Below are positions 1-10,711 of a stretch of DNA of 64,000 bases, in pieces. The notes beneath the pieces are model-generated. The model was not told the DNA's origin. It saw only the letters and a list, made by a program, of their open reading frames with translations, and made no database searches. Both the position numbers and the translations under genes were made by a program. Positions within the stretch are counted from its first letter, which is position 1; each line of letters begins with the position of its first letter. Source of the DNA: an uncultured virus (IMG/VR IMGVR_UViG_3300050010_000596) (Duplodnaviria > Heunggongvirae > Uroviricota > Caudoviricetes); the IMG/VR virus record IMGVR_UViG_3300050010_000596; one strand, written 5' to 3'.

Positions 1-289
1 TGAAGTCGCTGCCCGAGAGCACGTTGCAATACTCCATGAACACCCGCAGGCGTTTGAAGAAGTCGTTGGTGGTCACCAGGCCGATGCCTACCATCAGCTT
101 GTCGAGGTTGCTCTTGGGCAGGTCCAGGGCGAAGTCGTCCCGGATCTCCTGAAACAACGTCTTGTCGGTCCACTGAAGGGCATCCATGCCGTAGAGGTCG
201 AGGACGATGGTCAGAATGACTGTGGCAAAGGTGTCCTCATCCGCCAACTTGTCCTTCAGTTTCTGCCGCGACGTCAGTCCGGTTGACAT
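1..289 (-). CDS. Hypothetical phage protein, runs off the left edge (MSTGLTSRQKLKDKLADEDTFATVILTIVLDLYG...)
   Basis: Hand-translated open frame from ATG at 289 to the window edge; not in the ORF track because it is incomplete. Confidence 0.7.
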   Translation of the reverse strand, partial: MSTGLTSRQKLKDKLADEDTFATVILTIVLDLYGMDALQWTDKTLFQEIRDDFALDLPKSNLDKLMVGIGLVTTNDFFKRLRVFMEYCNVLSGSDF

Positions 290-770
290 AATTGGTATTC
301 CTTACCTTGCGGCTCTGGCCCAGCTGCCGCAGCGACAGGAACCAGAGCACGTTGACATCCAATGCCACGAGAAACAGTGACGGCCGAGGGGGCTTGGTCA
401 TCCACACCGCGTTACGGATGTCCCACCACTCCCCTAGCTCCGGCCAAGTCGCGTATTTGAACTCGGCCAAGTTCAGTAGCAGTGGTGGGACCTCCGCACC
501 TTCTTGCAGGCCGATGAGCCGATCTGCCTGAGAACAGAGGCGGGGCTTGAATTGCTGAAGCAGCAAGCTCTGTTCGAGTTCACCCAGAGGGGTCAAGGAC
601 GATAGCCAGTCAGACACACACAGGACAATGAACTCCCGTGAGGTGATCAGGGCGCGCTTGAACCGATCCGGCTCCCCGCACACCGCCCGACGCATCCGTT
701 CCAGTTGCGGACCCTTCAAGGCTCGCAATAGCAACGCCGTCTCTTCGACAGTCGGCTCGGTCCAATTCAT
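237..770 (-). CDS. Hypothetical protein
   Basis: 177-aa ORF; its start overlaps the stop of 767..1129 (ATGA). Confidence 0.65.
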   Translation of the reverse strand: MNWTEPTVEETALLLRALKGPQLERMRRAVCGEPDRFKRALITSREFIVLCVSDWLSSLTPLGELEQSLLLQQFKPRLCSQADRLIGLQEGAEVPPLLLNLAEFKYATWPELGEWWDIRNAVWMTKPPRPSLFLVALDVNVLWFLSLRQLGQSRKVRNTNYVNRTDVAAETEGQVGG

Positions 771-1129
771 ACCAACCTCCCGTTGATCTTCACGTCGATC
801 CGGTAACCGGCGACCTTCTGGACCATCGGATTGAGAATCTGATCGCCGTTGATGTCCACGGCGTAAGGCGGTCGGGCGAACTCCAGACGCGGGTCCGAGA
901 TCCCACGCTTGGCTGCTTCCAGCTGTGCCGCCCGCTTGGTGTCCGGCCCTTGCAGGTCGGTGATCGCCAGGCCGAACTTGGTCTGGTCGGTCTCGGTGTG
1001 CTGGAAGCAGATCACGCCGCTGTTCCCCTTGATGATAGTACCCAACATTTCACCGTTCTTCTCGAACGGTTCGATTACTCGTAGGCCCACTGTTGACTCC
1101 TTGGCTTGGGCATGCTTTATGCTGGGCAC
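767..1129 (-). CDS. Hypothetical protein
   Basis: 120-aa ORF with normal protein composition, operon-like packing. Confidence 0.7.
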   Translation of the reverse strand: MPSIKHAQAKESTVGLRVIEPFEKNGEMLGTIIKGNSGVICFQHTETDQTKFGLAITDLQGPDTKRAAQLEAAKRGISDPRLEFARPPYAVDINGDQILNPMVQKVAGYRIDVKINGRLV

Positions 1130-1153
1130 CTATTGCCCAGCCACGGAGTCATT

Positions 1154-1729
1154 CTAGCCGGGCCGCTTCTTTCTCGCCAGATGTCCTGCCTTGCGCAGCT
1201 TCTTTACTTCCTCACGGGTTTGCCGCAACAAGATCTTGTCGGCGTGGTTTCCTAGCAGGTAGTGCGTGAAGATCTCCTTCCGGCTCTCGAAGGCCTTGAG
1301 CACGTACACCAGGTACTGGTCGGTGAAGATTTCGTCTAGCAACGGCAGGAGTGCCTTGAGCGCGGGCTTGCGGCGGTTCTGCTTGTACGCACGGGCACAG
1401 ATCGCTTGCACGCGCGGGTCTTTGCGGCACATGGCTATGAACAGTTGCGGGTCCATCCAGGTGGGCGGCAGTTTGGGCTTGTCCAGATACGTCAGGTAGT
1501 CGTACTCGTAGCGGCCGTCCACGAAGGCTGGAGCGTTCCCTGTATCGGTGTGCTGCATGGCGTGCATGAGCGGATAAGGGAAGAGTTCGCTAACGGAGAA
1601 CTGCAACAGATGATTCGGGGGTGGCATGCTGTTGGGGCTTTCGCCGATGTAGACCGGGTCGTCTACGACCCGCTTGGGCTGTTTGCGTGGCGGCGGGGGA
1701 TCGAGGGTTTTGCGGCGACGACGACGCAT
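1154..1729 (-). CDS. Hypothetical basic protein
   Basis: 191-aa ORF, AAGGA SD upstream, Arg/Lys-rich termini. Confidence 0.7.
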   Translation of the reverse strand: MRRRRRKTLDPPPPRKQPKRVVDDPVYIGESPNSMPPPNHLLQFSVSELFPYPLMHAMQHTDTGNAPAFVDGRYEYDYLTYLDKPKLPPTWMDPQLFIAMCRKDPRVQAICARAYKQNRRKPALKALLPLLDEIFTDQYLVYVLKAFESRKEIFTHYLLGNHADKILLRQTREEVKKLRKAGHLARKKRPG

Positions 1730-1975
1730 AGAGGGTTCCTTGTTGATATATAAAGTTGCAGCTCCCGGATCTGCAACGAAACAGACGGCCCAACGGCTCG
1801 CTGGTGGAAAGAAGGAGGGGAGTCCGACGCGAACGTCAGAATCCAGCCTCGCTTCTCTCCACCAGGAGTGTAAGCGAACAGTTTTAGGGGAACAAGCGAA
1901 AGACCGCCAGGCGGGCCACGCAATTCAGCTGGCCCAGCCTGGCAGCCCGTTCACACCAGTCCCCCAACGGGTGTG

Positions 1976-2263
1976 TTATTCCTCGCCGAACAGCAAGCAA
2001 TACAGGTAGACGACCGGCGAAGCAACGATGTCGAGGATGCTCTCACTGGCACCGCAAGCGAAGCCCACGGCCGCCCCAGCCGCGTAGGGCACACCGCCTT
2101 CCACGAACGCATTTCCTGCCTCGCGGCCGTGGTTAAAGCCTTCGATGGTTCTTTCGGGAATCACCGCCGCAGCCTTGTCGAGCAAGGTGGGGCGGTGAGC
2201 GGCAACAGCAACGGCAGCCGCGAGTGAAGTACGGGAACGGGTAGCACGAGGAGTACGAGCCAT
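1976..2263 (-). CDS. Small Ala/Gly-rich, possibly membrane, protein
   Basis: ATG (MARTPRA) preceded by AAAGGAG; hydrophobic C-terminus. Confidence 0.6.
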   Translation of the reverse strand: MARTPRATRSRTSLAAAVAVAAHRPTLLDKAAAVIPERTIEGFNHGREAGNAFVEGGVPYAAGAAVGFACGASESILDIVASPVVYLYCLLFGEE

Positions 2264-2354
2264 AACAAAATCTCCTTTGGGGAACAAATGGAACGAAAAC
2301 AGTCATCCCTTCACCACCAAGGCGAGGGTAAAAATTCAAGGTTGGACGAACAGC

Positions 2355-2391
2355 GGGGACGGCCAGGATGCGGGTCCTGGCCGTCCCCTTT
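2355..2391. terminator. Perfect 14-bp hairpin, probable intrinsic terminator
   Basis: ggggacggccagga-tgcggg-tcctggccgtcccc followed by ttt on +. Confidence 0.55.
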
Positions 2392-2409
2392 GTATCGTGT
2401 CCGGGGGGA

Positions 2410-2730
2410 CTATGCGTTTGCCAGTTCGTGATCCATTTCGGACTGGCGATTACCGCGTAGCAGCTCAACCAACAGTTCGCGGGGCATCCTGCGCCGCAAC
2501 ATGTCGATGACCGTCTCAGGCATCTCATCCTTCCACGCCGTGACCGGCATGGTGATTTGGATGGGGGTGATCGCTGAGGAGTCTCGGAAAATTACTAGGA
2601 CGTTCTTTCCGGGGTCGTCGGCATAAGCCGAGACGCCGATGTCCATTAGCAAAGCCGAGAGCCACTTGGGAACCCGGATGTCTACCACAACATCCGCCTG
2701 GTGCGCTGGAACACAACTACTGTACGACAT
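2410..2730 (-). CDS. Hypothetical protein
   Basis: ~106-aa ORF with AGGAG SD, first gene downstream of the 2858..2888 motif. Confidence 0.6.
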   Translation of the reverse strand: MSYSSCVPAHQADVVVDIRVPKWLSALLMDIGVSAYADDPGKNVLVIFRDSSAITPIQITMPVTAWKDEMPETVIDMLRRRMPRELLVELLRGNRQSEMDHELANA

Positions 2731-2857
2731 GACCAAACTCCTGGGTCAGCGGGGGAACGAGAAACGAGAACAGGATAAAGCCGGGTCGTTTCCCAGGAGA
2801 TAGGCCAAAGGCCAGTGCACCAAGATTTGGGGTAGAAGTAATCGCCTACACCAATGC

Positions 2858-2888
2858 TTTATGCCCCATTTCACCCCTTTATTTAGCT
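2858..2888 (-). promoter_or_regulatory. Sigma28-like promoter, copy 1 (CTAAA-N15-GGGCATAA)
   Basis: 26/31 identical to 48557..48587; spacing matches the FliA consensus TAAA-N15-GCCGATAA. Confidence 0.55.
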
Positions 2889-2889
2889 C

Positions 2890-3195
2890 TCAGAATTTGA
2901 GCTTTACCTGCTGCCCATTGGTCCGCTGGAACTGCACTACCACCTGGTCGGTGTTGAGCAGTTGCTTGATGGCCAGCTTCTTCTCGGGCGGCAGCTCGCT
3001 GACTTGGCGGCGGACCAGACCGAAGTCGATGGGGCGGGTACGGTTCTTGCGGCGGCAGCTGCCACAGCCCTTGGAGGGATTCTCGGCACGGGCCAGGGTG
3101 GTGGCCAAGAAGGGGAACTTGTTGGTGAAGTTGGGGTCCCGCATCATCCGCAACAGTACGTCGTCGCTGAGGGCTACTTGGGGCAAGCGTGACAT
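2890..3195 (-). CDS. Small basic protein with CxxC (GCGSC)
   Basis: 101-aa ORF, AGGAG SD. Confidence 0.7.
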   Translation of the reverse strand: MSRLPQVALSDDVLLRMMRDPNFTNKFPFLATTLARAENPSKGCGSCRRKNRTRPIDFGLVRRQVSELPPEKKLAIKQLLNTDQVVVQFQRTNGQQVKLKF

Positions 3196-3196
3196 G

Positions 3197-3643
3197 TCAG
3201 TCTCCTATCGTCTCGGTAATCGACAACGGCAGCTGTTCACCGCAGCGTACCTCGGCGCCCAGCTGGAGCACATCGAGCTTGTTCAGGGACTCGATCATCA
3301 CCAGCACCTCATGGTAGATGGCGGTCCAGGCTTCAATGGCCATGGATTGGCCTGGCAGAATGATGTCCAGGTGATCCTTGCGGAAGAACTGCGGGAACTG
3401 GGTGGGGTCCGGTTCGTTGGCTGGGTAGATCGTCAGATCAAAGCAGGAACACACACAGACGAAGGTGTCCTGCTGTTCGCCGGTCTTCGGGTCCACCAAT
3501 TCTCGCTGGTGGAGAAAGATCTCGGCGACCATGTCTACCGGTTGGCTGGCGTCGATCCGCAGGCGGAATCCTTCGCCGCGATTAGGGACGAACAGCCGCT
3601 GCTGGGGCTGTCGTACGAGCGTGACGCCGCGTTGGCTGGCCAT
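3197..3643 (-). CDS. Hypothetical protein
   Basis: 148-aa ORF, AAGGAGG SD. Confidence 0.75.
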   Translation of the reverse strand: MASQRGVTLVRQPQQRLFVPNRGEGFRLRIDASQPVDMVAEIFLHQRELVDPKTGEQQDTFVCVCSCFDLTIYPANEPDPTQFPQFFRKDHLDIILPGQSMAIEAWTAIYHEVLVMIESLNKLDVLQLGAEVRCGEQLPLSITETIGD

Positions 3644-3659
3644 GTGCGCCTCCTTGCGC

Positions 3660-4040
3660 CTAGAAGATCAATTCGAGCAACTCTCCATGTTCCTTATATC
3701 GTAGCACAACCTTCTCGGGACAGTAACCCAGACAGGTCTCCAGGTAGTCGCGGAGTGGCTTGAGCAGCGTCACGTCCAGGTCGTGCAGCAGTGCTACGTG
3801 CTTGACGAAACTGGCAACTACCAGCCCCAGCTCCCATCGTGCAGCTGACTCGCTGGGCAGCTTCGGATCGCCTCGGTGGGCAATGACGGCGGTCAGCTGC
3901 TTGCTGGCAGCGGTCCCTTTCCGAAATAGGTAGGAGAAAGCAACACACGAGGTGTAGAACTCCGGGTCGGCCAGTAGCTGGCCGATGGTTTGTTCATTCA
4001 GTTCGTACCACTTAGCGACTGTACCAGGGGAAGTGTTCAC
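3660..4040 (-). CDS. Hypothetical protein (start uncertain)
   Basis: Frame 3660..4115 fills the gap after the glycosyltransferase; true start likely near 4010-4040. Confidence 0.5.
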   Translation of the reverse strand: MNTSPGTVAKWYELNEQTIGQLLADPEFYTSCVAFSYLFRKGTAASKQLTAVIAHRGDPKLPSESAARWELGLVVASFVKHVALLHDLDVTLLKPLRDYLETCLGYCPEKVVLRYKEHGELLELIF

Positions 4041-6033
4041 GGTAACCTCTGCGTCCGTTCGGAGGCGTAAAGATGTACATCTTGTCCGTGTTAAAAGCGC
4101 GCATCGAGTAGCCACCCTGATAGAGCTGTTCTCCTATTGTACAATCACCGCCGTTGTGATTCAATCTCCTATCGGGAATGTCGCAGGCCCGCATGGCCTC
4201 AGTCTTCAGGCACCAGAACCAGCCTACCGTAAAGTGGATCGTGGAGCCGTTGGGAGCCGGGTTGCCTTGGGCGGTCCTAAACGGGCGACCCTTGTGCCAA
4301 GGGGCGGTGCGGAACCAGTTCAAGGGGTCGGGGCCCAGGTTGAGCTGGAGGGGATGGTACTTGACGATCCCCAGCATGCCCAAGTTGGGATCTTTGCAGG
4401 CGATGATGCTCTCGGCCAAAGTCGAGAGCCAGTTGGTGGCCTCGGGGCGGACGTGGGTGTCGTCGTCGAACCAGCACAGCCAGGGCGTGGTGATCGGGCA
4501 CTCTGGGTCCCAGAACATCTCTCGCATCGCTGGGTACTTCCGCCGTTCGCCGACGTCGGTATAGAGCTTGGTGTAGGGGATCGACCGCAGGAAGCTGTGG
4601 GTCTCCGCGCCGATCTGGTTGCAGGCGATCCGCAAGTCCATTCGCGACGGCGGCACCGAGGCCAGGATGGTGTTCAGGCAGTTACGGTGGTAATGCACCT
4701 CCTGGCCGTGCAGGAGGACACAGATCGTAATCTTGCCGCCTACCTTTTCGTGGTCGAGCACAGAGAGCCGCTGGGCGGCCGGGTGCACGGTGGACTTGAT
4801 TGCAGGAGGCAGCGGCTTGGCGGGAATGTTCGGCGGCGGCGGGGCCTTGTTGCTTCCCTCCTGAAGCATTTCGGTGGGCCGAATCATCTGCGGTTCGGGC
4901 GGCACCACCACCGGGGCCTCACCGGAGCGGATCAGGAAGTGGTTCAGGGAGGTGCTGCAATGGGGACAGATCGCCGGAGGTTTGCCGGTGGGCGGTTGGT
5001 CGTAGGCGTGGGTCGGGTCTTTAATCGGTTCCATGAGGGGGCTCGTAGGCGGCGGAAGCTGACCGCGTTCGTAGTACCGCATCACTGCTTCCACAACGTG
5101 CGCGGGTTGAATCGAGTTCATGCACTCGGCCACCGGGTACGGCAGCCGGATCGGACGTACACAGGGGTCCACGTCGTAGGCCGTGTTCCCGTCGTCACGG
5201 GGCACCACCCGGCGCTTCCAACAGCCATGGACCTTGCAGCAGGCGTACTGCCCCAGTGTGTGCAGGTACTCGTGTGGAACCTTGACTGGAGGACACTCCG
5301 GGCCGAAGGCATTGTAACAGTTCGAGTATTCTTCCCACCACGGCTCCTCGCGGCCGCCTGCGATAACCACGCAGGGCTTGTCCAGGGCAGCAGCCAGGTG
5401 CATAGGGAAGCTCACCCCACAGATCACACCCTCGGCGTGGTACATGTTGACGATCAAATCCCGCATGCTCGTTAGCCCCACGCAGTTGAGCACGTTGTTC
5501 AGCGGTGGATGTTCGTGCATGGGCTTCACCGCCCCCTCTTGCACAAACCGCAGGCCCCACGGCCGCAACATGTCCACCACAGCTTGGTAACGATCTTGGG
5601 GCCAGTATTTGATGGTCATGTCTGCCTTGCCGCCTGGCACGATCAGCCAGTAGCGCCCCTTGATGTAAGGGTTCTGCTTCTCTTCGTCGGTCAGGTGCAG
5701 GTCGCCTTTGGGGAGGCGACACGGTACTGGCATGCGAGTCATCTGGGTGAAGACCTCATGGAAGGCGGTCACGAAGTGCAGACGACGACCCAGCTGCGAG
5801 GCCTTCATTTGCTCCTTGTAGCTGATGACCAGTGGCCGCACGCCAGGGTCCTGCCGTCGCAGTGGTGTGCAGTAAGGGTTGTGCCGCCAGATGTTGCCGA
5901 ACTGGCTCTTGACGTCGAGCTGGATACCGTCACCGTAAAGCAGCTTCAAGTCCCGTATCACGGCGGTCACCATTAGCGTGTCGCCGGGTGCCATGGGGAT
6001 GTTGAACTCAAGTAGAAACCGCTGTACAGTCAT
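4012..6033 (-). CDS. Two-domain glycosyltransferase: N-terminal GT9 (heptosyltransferase-like), C-terminal GT-A/GT2-like
   Basis: PGDTLMVTAVIRDLK start and GVSFPMHLAAALDKPCVVIAGG (GT9 signature); Pro-rich linker; WLCWFDDD DxD motif. Confidence 0.8.
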   Translation of the reverse strand: MTVQRFLLEFNIPMAPGDTLMVTAVIRDLKLLYGDGIQLDVKSQFGNIWRHNPYCTPLRRQDPGVRPLVISYKEQMKASQLGRRLHFVTAFHEVFTQMTRMPVPCRLPKGDLHLTDEEKQNPYIKGRYWLIVPGGKADMTIKYWPQDRYQAVVDMLRPWGLRFVQEGAVKPMHEHPPLNNVLNCVGLTSMRDLIVNMYHAEGVICGVSFPMHLAAALDKPCVVIAGGREEPWWEEYSNCYNAFGPECPPVKVPHEYLHTLGQYACCKVHGCWKRRVVPRDDGNTAYDVDPCVRPIRLPYPVAECMNSIQPAHVVEAVMRYYERGQLPPPTSPLMEPIKDPTHAYDQPPTGKPPAICPHCSTSLNHFLIRSGEAPVVVPPEPQMIRPTEMLQEGSNKAPPPPNIPAKPLPPAIKSTVHPAAQRLSVLDHEKVGGKITICVLLHGQEVHYHRNCLNTILASVPPSRMDLRIACNQIGAETHSFLRSIPYTKLYTDVGERRKYPAMREMFWDPECPITTPWLCWFDDDTHVRPEATNWLSTLAESIIACKDPNLGMLGIVKYHPLQLNLGPDPLNWFRTAPWHKGRPFRTAQGNPAPNGSTIHFTVGWFWCLKTEAMRACDIPDRRLNHNGGDCTIGEQLYQGGYSMRAFNTDKMYIFTPPNGRRGYREHFPWYSR

Positions 6034-6038
6034 TGGTA

Positions 6039-7952
6039 TTACTGAGAAGGAAACGGTTGATTGAGATCTCTTTCACGAAACACATTGGCCAGGTACTCTG
6101 AACAGTGTTTGGGTAGAATGCGCGGCTTTGGTTGTAAATCCCAATCGGCGGTGTCGTAGCCAAACAACTCCATGTACGCAGCGAACTTTTCTCGTAGCCA
6201 CTCACAGTCTTCAGGTGTAAGCCAATGTCGCCAATCACCTGCCGTACCGGTGCGAAGGACACGGCGGTAACCGGGATAGATACCTGCGGGAGCCAGACGG
6301 AATCCTAGATATTGTTCCAATGCTGTGACGTCATCCTGGATCAGATCTTCGTAACGAATGACGTGCTTCTCAATGGCAACAATGGCCGGGCTCTTTGCCC
6401 ATTGTGCAGCCCAGCGATCACAACTCGTCTGTGGAATGTAGTGTTTATACCCCAAGTAGTCGGCCAACTGTCGGCAGGTGACTGCGCGAGGATCTTGCTC
6501 TTTCTTTCGCAGCAGTGCTAGGTACTCGCGGATTTGCTGACACGTATCAAACAAGGCGTATGGCGCATACAACAAGCAGCTTATTAGTCGATCTCGCGGA
6601 TCACGGACAATGAATACTCGTCGGTCGAACTGCGGAAGTTCGGCGGTCAGCTCACGGTAAAGAAGACGCTTACAGACGAGATGACTCGTACCGGGATCGG
6701 CAGCTGTCTCGAAATACCGCTTGTGATCGGGCACTGCCGCGGCAATCCGCTGTAACATGAGCGTAGTGCCGGATTTTGGTAACCCGAAAACAAGAATTCG
6801 CGAAGTGCTCGGGCCGTTGGTCGCCATCACAGTCTTGGGACTTGGGCTGATCGAAGATTCTGAACTGGCGATGTAGTTATCGAGATTCTTCCGAAGCCGT
6901 GAGTTATGAGAATCTCGACGAACGGCTTCGGTGCCCCAGCGGATTGCGTCCGAAATCCGGCCAGCGCGATAGGCACAAATCGCGGTGACGTCGGCAACAC
7001 TAGCGCCATAAGCACAGGTGTCAATGAACAACCGATCCTTTGCTGGGTAAGGAATTGCCAAAGCAGCGGCACCGAAGAGGTAACCTGAGGCCCATTGGTG
7101 CGTGTTGTAGCAGTATCTCGCTAGGCGATACAGCGGTTCGGCGCGGTGAGGACGCATTGCATGCGCAGACAGATAGGCCACAGTCGGATTGCAACAACCG
7201 CTGGCCTCTTCGCACAGACCGACACTATACTGAGCAAAAAACTGTTCTTCAAGCCAGCCGCCCAATCGAACTCGTTCACGAAAGGCGGCAATTGCCTGTG
7301 GCCAGTCTCTTAGACATTCATAAGTGCGTCCAAGGTAGAACCAGGTACGAGCGTTGTCTGTGTTTTCTTTCAGATCTTGTTTCAAAAGTGCGAGTTCGCG
7401 TGTGAGCTTAGTTGCCCGGTTACTGCCGTCACCGTGGTGGTGGAGGCCAGTTTCAGTCAGCAATACCCGTGTTTGCGATCCGGTAGCTACAGCGTGCTCA
7501 TGCGCGGCACCAACGTATTGCCAGTTTAATTCGCTGCGCAGCAGAAATGGTCTGTCGAATTGCAACGCGCAACCTGGGTCCCTTGCGTAATAGCTATCAG
7601 CGCACAGATCGGCTTTGTTGATCGCTGCGCCGTTCACTACGACGTCGTCTGCATCGACAATTAGCAGATAGGCCCCATGAGTCTTGGCAAGATCTAAGCA
7701 CTGAGAGCGGTTGACGCCATAGTTGATCCAAGATTGTTCATGCAGCTCGCCAGGAATATCTGCCAAAAGACTGCGGATAATCGCCTGGGTGCCGTCTGTC
7801 GAGCCAGTGTCGCAGATGACCCAGTAGTCTAGCAACGGTTTCACGGTCAGTAAGCATCGTTCGATGACCTTCGCCTCGTTTTTGACGATCATCGCCAGAC
7901 AGATTGTCTTCGATCTTGCGGTATCAGCTGCGGGCTCGATCCCAGAAGGCAT
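6039..7952 (-). CDS. GT2 glycosyltransferase-TPR-sulfotransferase fusion
   Basis: [22 protein letters not shown] (GT2); TPR-like helices ([16 protein letters not shown]); [25 protein letters not shown] (PAPS-dependent sulfotransferase motifs). Confidence 0.85.
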   Translation of the reverse strand: MPSGIEPAADTARSKTICLAMIVKNEAKVIERCLLTVKPLLDYWVICDTGSTDGTQAIIRSLLADIPGELHEQSWINYGVNRSQCLDLAKTHGAYLLIVDADDVVVNGAAINKADLCADSYYARDPGCALQFDRPFLLRSELNWQYVGAAHEHAVATGSQTRVLLTETGLHHHGDGSNRATKLTRELALLKQDLKENTDNARTWFYLGRTYECLRDWPQAIAAFRERVRLGGWLEEQFFAQYSVGLCEEASGCCNPTVAYLSAHAMRPHRAEPLYRLARYCYNTHQWASGYLFGAAALAIPYPAKDRLFIDTCAYGASVADVTAICAYRAGRISDAIRWGTEAVRRDSHNSRLRKNLDNYIASSESSISPSPKTVMATNGPSTSRILVFGLPKSGTTLMLQRIAAAVPDHKRYFETAADPGTSHLVCKRLLYRELTAELPQFDRRVFIVRDPRDRLISCLLYAPYALFDTCQQIREYLALLRKKEQDPRAVTCRQLADYLGYKHYIPQTSCDRWAAQWAKSPAIVAIEKHVIRYEDLIQDDVTALEQYLGFRLAPAGIYPGYRRVLRTGTAGDWRHWLTPEDCEWLREKFAAYMELFGYDTADWDLQPKPRILPKHCSEYLANVFRERDLNQPFPSQ

Positions 7953-9663
7953 TGTTATGGTCCATCTGTTGTTGTGTGAATCGCGGAAAACGAGCCAAGT
8001 ACCCGCGACGAACGCCGCTAATCAAGACGGTCACCTGGACAGGCTCGCATGGTGTTTCGGCTAGCGTGATTACTAGCTGGCTATTGCAATTGACGACAAC
8101 ACCCAGCGAAACGGGCTGCGAAGGAACCACACCGACAACCAACAAGCTACCAGGTTCACAGACAAAAACAAAGTCTGCACAAAGAGTCGCGTAAGTAATC
8201 TTTTCAGTCAACGTCGTCTGCACAACGTCCAGGAAACGAGCCTGAGGCATTTCTGTGCAAAACAGACCCAAATACTCGATCTCGGCGTTTCGTACCACAG
8301 GAACAATGGCAGTTTTAAGCCCTGCTGGTCCTCTCGGGCCAGGAGGTCCCGCTGGCCCTGCTGGCCCGCCAGCACCACCGGCACCGCCAATACCGGCTGG
8401 GCCCATCGGACCCACGATTCCTTGCAAACCTGCCGGGCCACGACAACCGGGCAGACCCGTTGGACCCGTTGGACCAGTTGGGCCGGTTGGACCTGTAGGC
8501 CCCGTTGGCCCTGACCATCCTAGGCCATCAGCCCCTGTTGCTCCTGTTGCGCCTGTTGCTCCATTTGCACCTGTTGCTCCCGTAGGGCCCGTAAGGCCCG
8601 TAAGGCCCATAGGGCCTCCGGATGGGCCGGTTGGACCTGTAGGCCCCATTGGCCCTGACCATCCTAGGCCATCAGTCCCTGTTGCTCCCGTTGCTCCCGT
8701 TGCTCCCGTAGGGCCCGTAAGGCCCGTAAGGCCCATAGGGCCTCCGGATGGGCCGGTTGGACCTGTAGGCCCCGTTGGCCCTGACCATCCTAGGCCATCA
8801 GCCCCTGTTGCTCCTGTTGCGCCTGTTGCTCCATTTGCACCTGTTGCTCCATCCGCTCCATTTGCACCAGCTGGAATGCCAAATATGAAACTAATTCGTT
8901 CATCACAGCAACAATCGAGTGTGGCATCGTCGCAGTGACAATCCGGCGCAGGTAAAAGATCAAGAGCGATGTCTACCCAGGGGGTCGCGCCTGCTTCGAG
9001 CGGGGTGACGACATTCAAAAGGGGGTCCGTCCAGACGTAAGGGGTACAACCCTCGGGACCTTCAGCGCCTGCCGGACCAGGACCGCCACCACCGCCACCA
9101 CCGCCAGCTGCACCCGCAGGACCAATCGGACCGGTCGGACCGGTCGGACCTTGTCCACTGCCACCACCTTGCGGCCCAGGTAATCCACGCGGGCCTTGTG
9201 CACCGTGCAGGCCGATACCGGGCCGACCCATCAAGCCTCGTATACCTTGCGGACCCTTCTTGCCTTGCGGACCGCCCGCAGGACCCTTTGCGCCTGGTGG
9301 TCCTTGCTTTCCGGGAGGACCACCAGAAGGACCCTTTGGCCCTTGCAGACCATGCTTGCCTTGGGAACCCGGTGGGCCGCCAGGCGTACCGGGTGGACCT
9401 GCGGGTCCCGCAGGTCCCGCAGGTCCCGCAGGTCCCGCAGGTCCCGCAGGTCCCGCAGGTCCCGCAGGTCCCGCAGGTCCGGGTGGCGGAACTACAGGAG
9501 GCGCAGGCAGCAATGGAATGGTGGGATTGGGACAGTCTTGAATCGGCGGCGGCACCTCAGGCATATTGCAATCGCCGATGTTGGGGATTGGGGGAATCGG
9601 CGCGATCGGCGGCACGGAGCAGCGGGTGGGTTGGAAAACGGGAGTGAAATCACCATTGGACAA
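7924..9663 (-). CDS. Collagen-like fibre protein
   Basis: Long G-X-Y runs split by a Cys-rich island; globular C-terminal domain; likely TTG start at 9663 after AGGAG. Confidence 0.85.
   Translation of the reverse strand: MSNGDFTPVFQPTRCSVPPIAPIPPIPNIGDCNMPEVPPPIQDCPNPTIPLLPAPPVVPPPGPAGPAGPAGPAGPAGPAGPAGPAGPAGPPGTPGGPPGSQGKHGLQGPKGPSGGPPGKQGPPGAKGPAGGPQGKKGPQGIRGLMGRPGIGLHGAQGPRGLPGPQGGGSGQGPTGPTGPIGPAGAAGGGGGGGGPGPAGAEGPEGCTPYVWTDPLLNVVTPLEAGATPWVDIALDLLPAPDCHCDDATLDCCCDERISFIFGIPAGANGADGATGANGATGATGATGADGLGWSGPTGPTGPTGPSGGPMGLTGLTGPTGATGATGATGTDGLGWSGPMGPTGPTGPSGGPMGLTGLTGPTGATGANGATGATGATGADGLGWSGPTGPTGPTGPTGPTGPTGLPGCRGPAGLQGIVGPMGPAGIGGAGGAGGPAGPAGPPGPRGPAGLKTAIVPVVRNAEIEYLGLFCTEMPQARFLDVVQTTLTEKITYATLCADFVFVCEPGSLLVVGVVPSQPVSLGVVVNCNSQLVITLAETPCEPVQVTVLISGVRRGYLARFPRFTQQQMDHNNAFWDRARS
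8479..8850. repeat. Three near-identical blocks encoding DGLGWSGP(T/M)GPTGP... in the collagen gene
   Basis: ggccctgaccatcctaggccatcag occurs three times with conserved flanks. Confidence 0.85.
9404..9480. repeat. 9-bp tandem repeat (ggtcccgca) x8.5 encoding (GPA)n
   Basis: Perfect tandem array read directly. Confidence 0.95.
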
Positions 9664-9673
9664 GGTTCTTCTC

Positions 9674-10702
9674 CTACGCAACGGGGCCACACATTGCCAC
9701 ATAGGACGCGGAGAAGGAGCAATCGTTGTCGGCGTTCTCCCCCGTGTCCGGGTTGACCTGGGTGCACACCGCCATGTTGTGCATGTTGACATCCACGACG
9801 ATCTGATGGTGTTCTGTGTCGAAGGTCAGGTTGACACCGTTGCCGCTGGTGATGTTGACCACTCGGCCACCGACGCCGTTGACCGAGGTGAAGACCTCGT
9901 CGCAGTTCAGCGCGCCGTCCAATCGCGTACGGCCATCCGGGGGTGTTTCGCCGTCGAACAGGGGCACCTCGACACAGGGCTGTCCTGCTTGGGATTGCGC
10001 TACAGTCGGATCGACTCCGCCAATCGTGATCGTGTTGTTGGGTGTGTCTTGGGTGATCTTGCAGTTGTAGCCTGCTTCCAACCGCACGTGTCCCAGCAGG
10101 CAGGTGGCCTGGACATGGGTTAGCCCATCACTGTCGTTGTCTGTCAATGGCGTGCATTGAGCAGGGGCAGTGGCGCGCGTGCGGTCGTCGTTGGCCAGGT
10201 TGATGGTCCGCACATAGGCCATCACCAGGCTGCGAATCAGCGCTGGCTCCACTGTGCTGCCGTCTTCCAATTCGTCGGGGGGTCCAGCCAGTAGCGCCGC
10301 CAGCGGGGCCAGCGAACCGATTACCATGAACCCGGACCACAGGGTGTCGTTGAGACAAGAGGACATGCTGGCGGGGCCTTCGATCAGCTGACACTCAGCA
10401 TACTGCCTCGCGTAGCGACTGTCGGTCAGCGCGAACTCGAAGACCAGCTCGTAGCTGGTCAGGCCCAGGGCATCGGATCGGAACGTGAAACGGAACATGT
10501 TGTCTGCACGGACTACACTGTGCAGCCAGATCGAGTGCTGGCCTTCCACGTAGCCCGATTCGATACCCATCAGGGCCCCGAAGTCTACTACGGTAGCCTT
10601 GGGCAGCAGGGGTAACGTCGTGCCGGGGACCAGCAGGCCCGTGCCTAAGACAAAGGGATAGGCCCGGTTGGCGTTGTCGTTGAAGAAGATTGTGCGTGCC
10701 AT
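9674..10702 (-). CDS. Cys-rich tail/baseplate-associated protein (paralog family)
   Basis: N-terminal [17 protein letters not shown] motif; position between baseplate and fibre genes. Confidence 0.65.
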   Translation of the reverse strand: MARTIFFNDNANRAYPFVLGTGLLVPGTTLPLLPKATVVDFGALMGIESGYVEGQHSIWLHSVVRADNMFRFTFRSDALGLTSYELVFEFALTDSRYARQYAECQLIEGPASMSSCLNDTLWSGFMVIGSLAPLAALLAGPPDELEDGSTVEPALIRSLVMAYVRTINLANDDRTRATAPAQCTPLTDNDSDGLTHVQATCLLGHVRLEAGYNCKITQDTPNNTITIGGVDPTVAQSQAGQPCVEVPLFDGETPPDGRTRLDGALNCDEVFTSVNGVGGRVVNITSGNGVNLTFDTEHHQIVVDVNMHNMAVCTQVNPDTGENADNDCSFSASYVAMCGPVA

Positions 10703-10711
10703 CCTTGGCTC

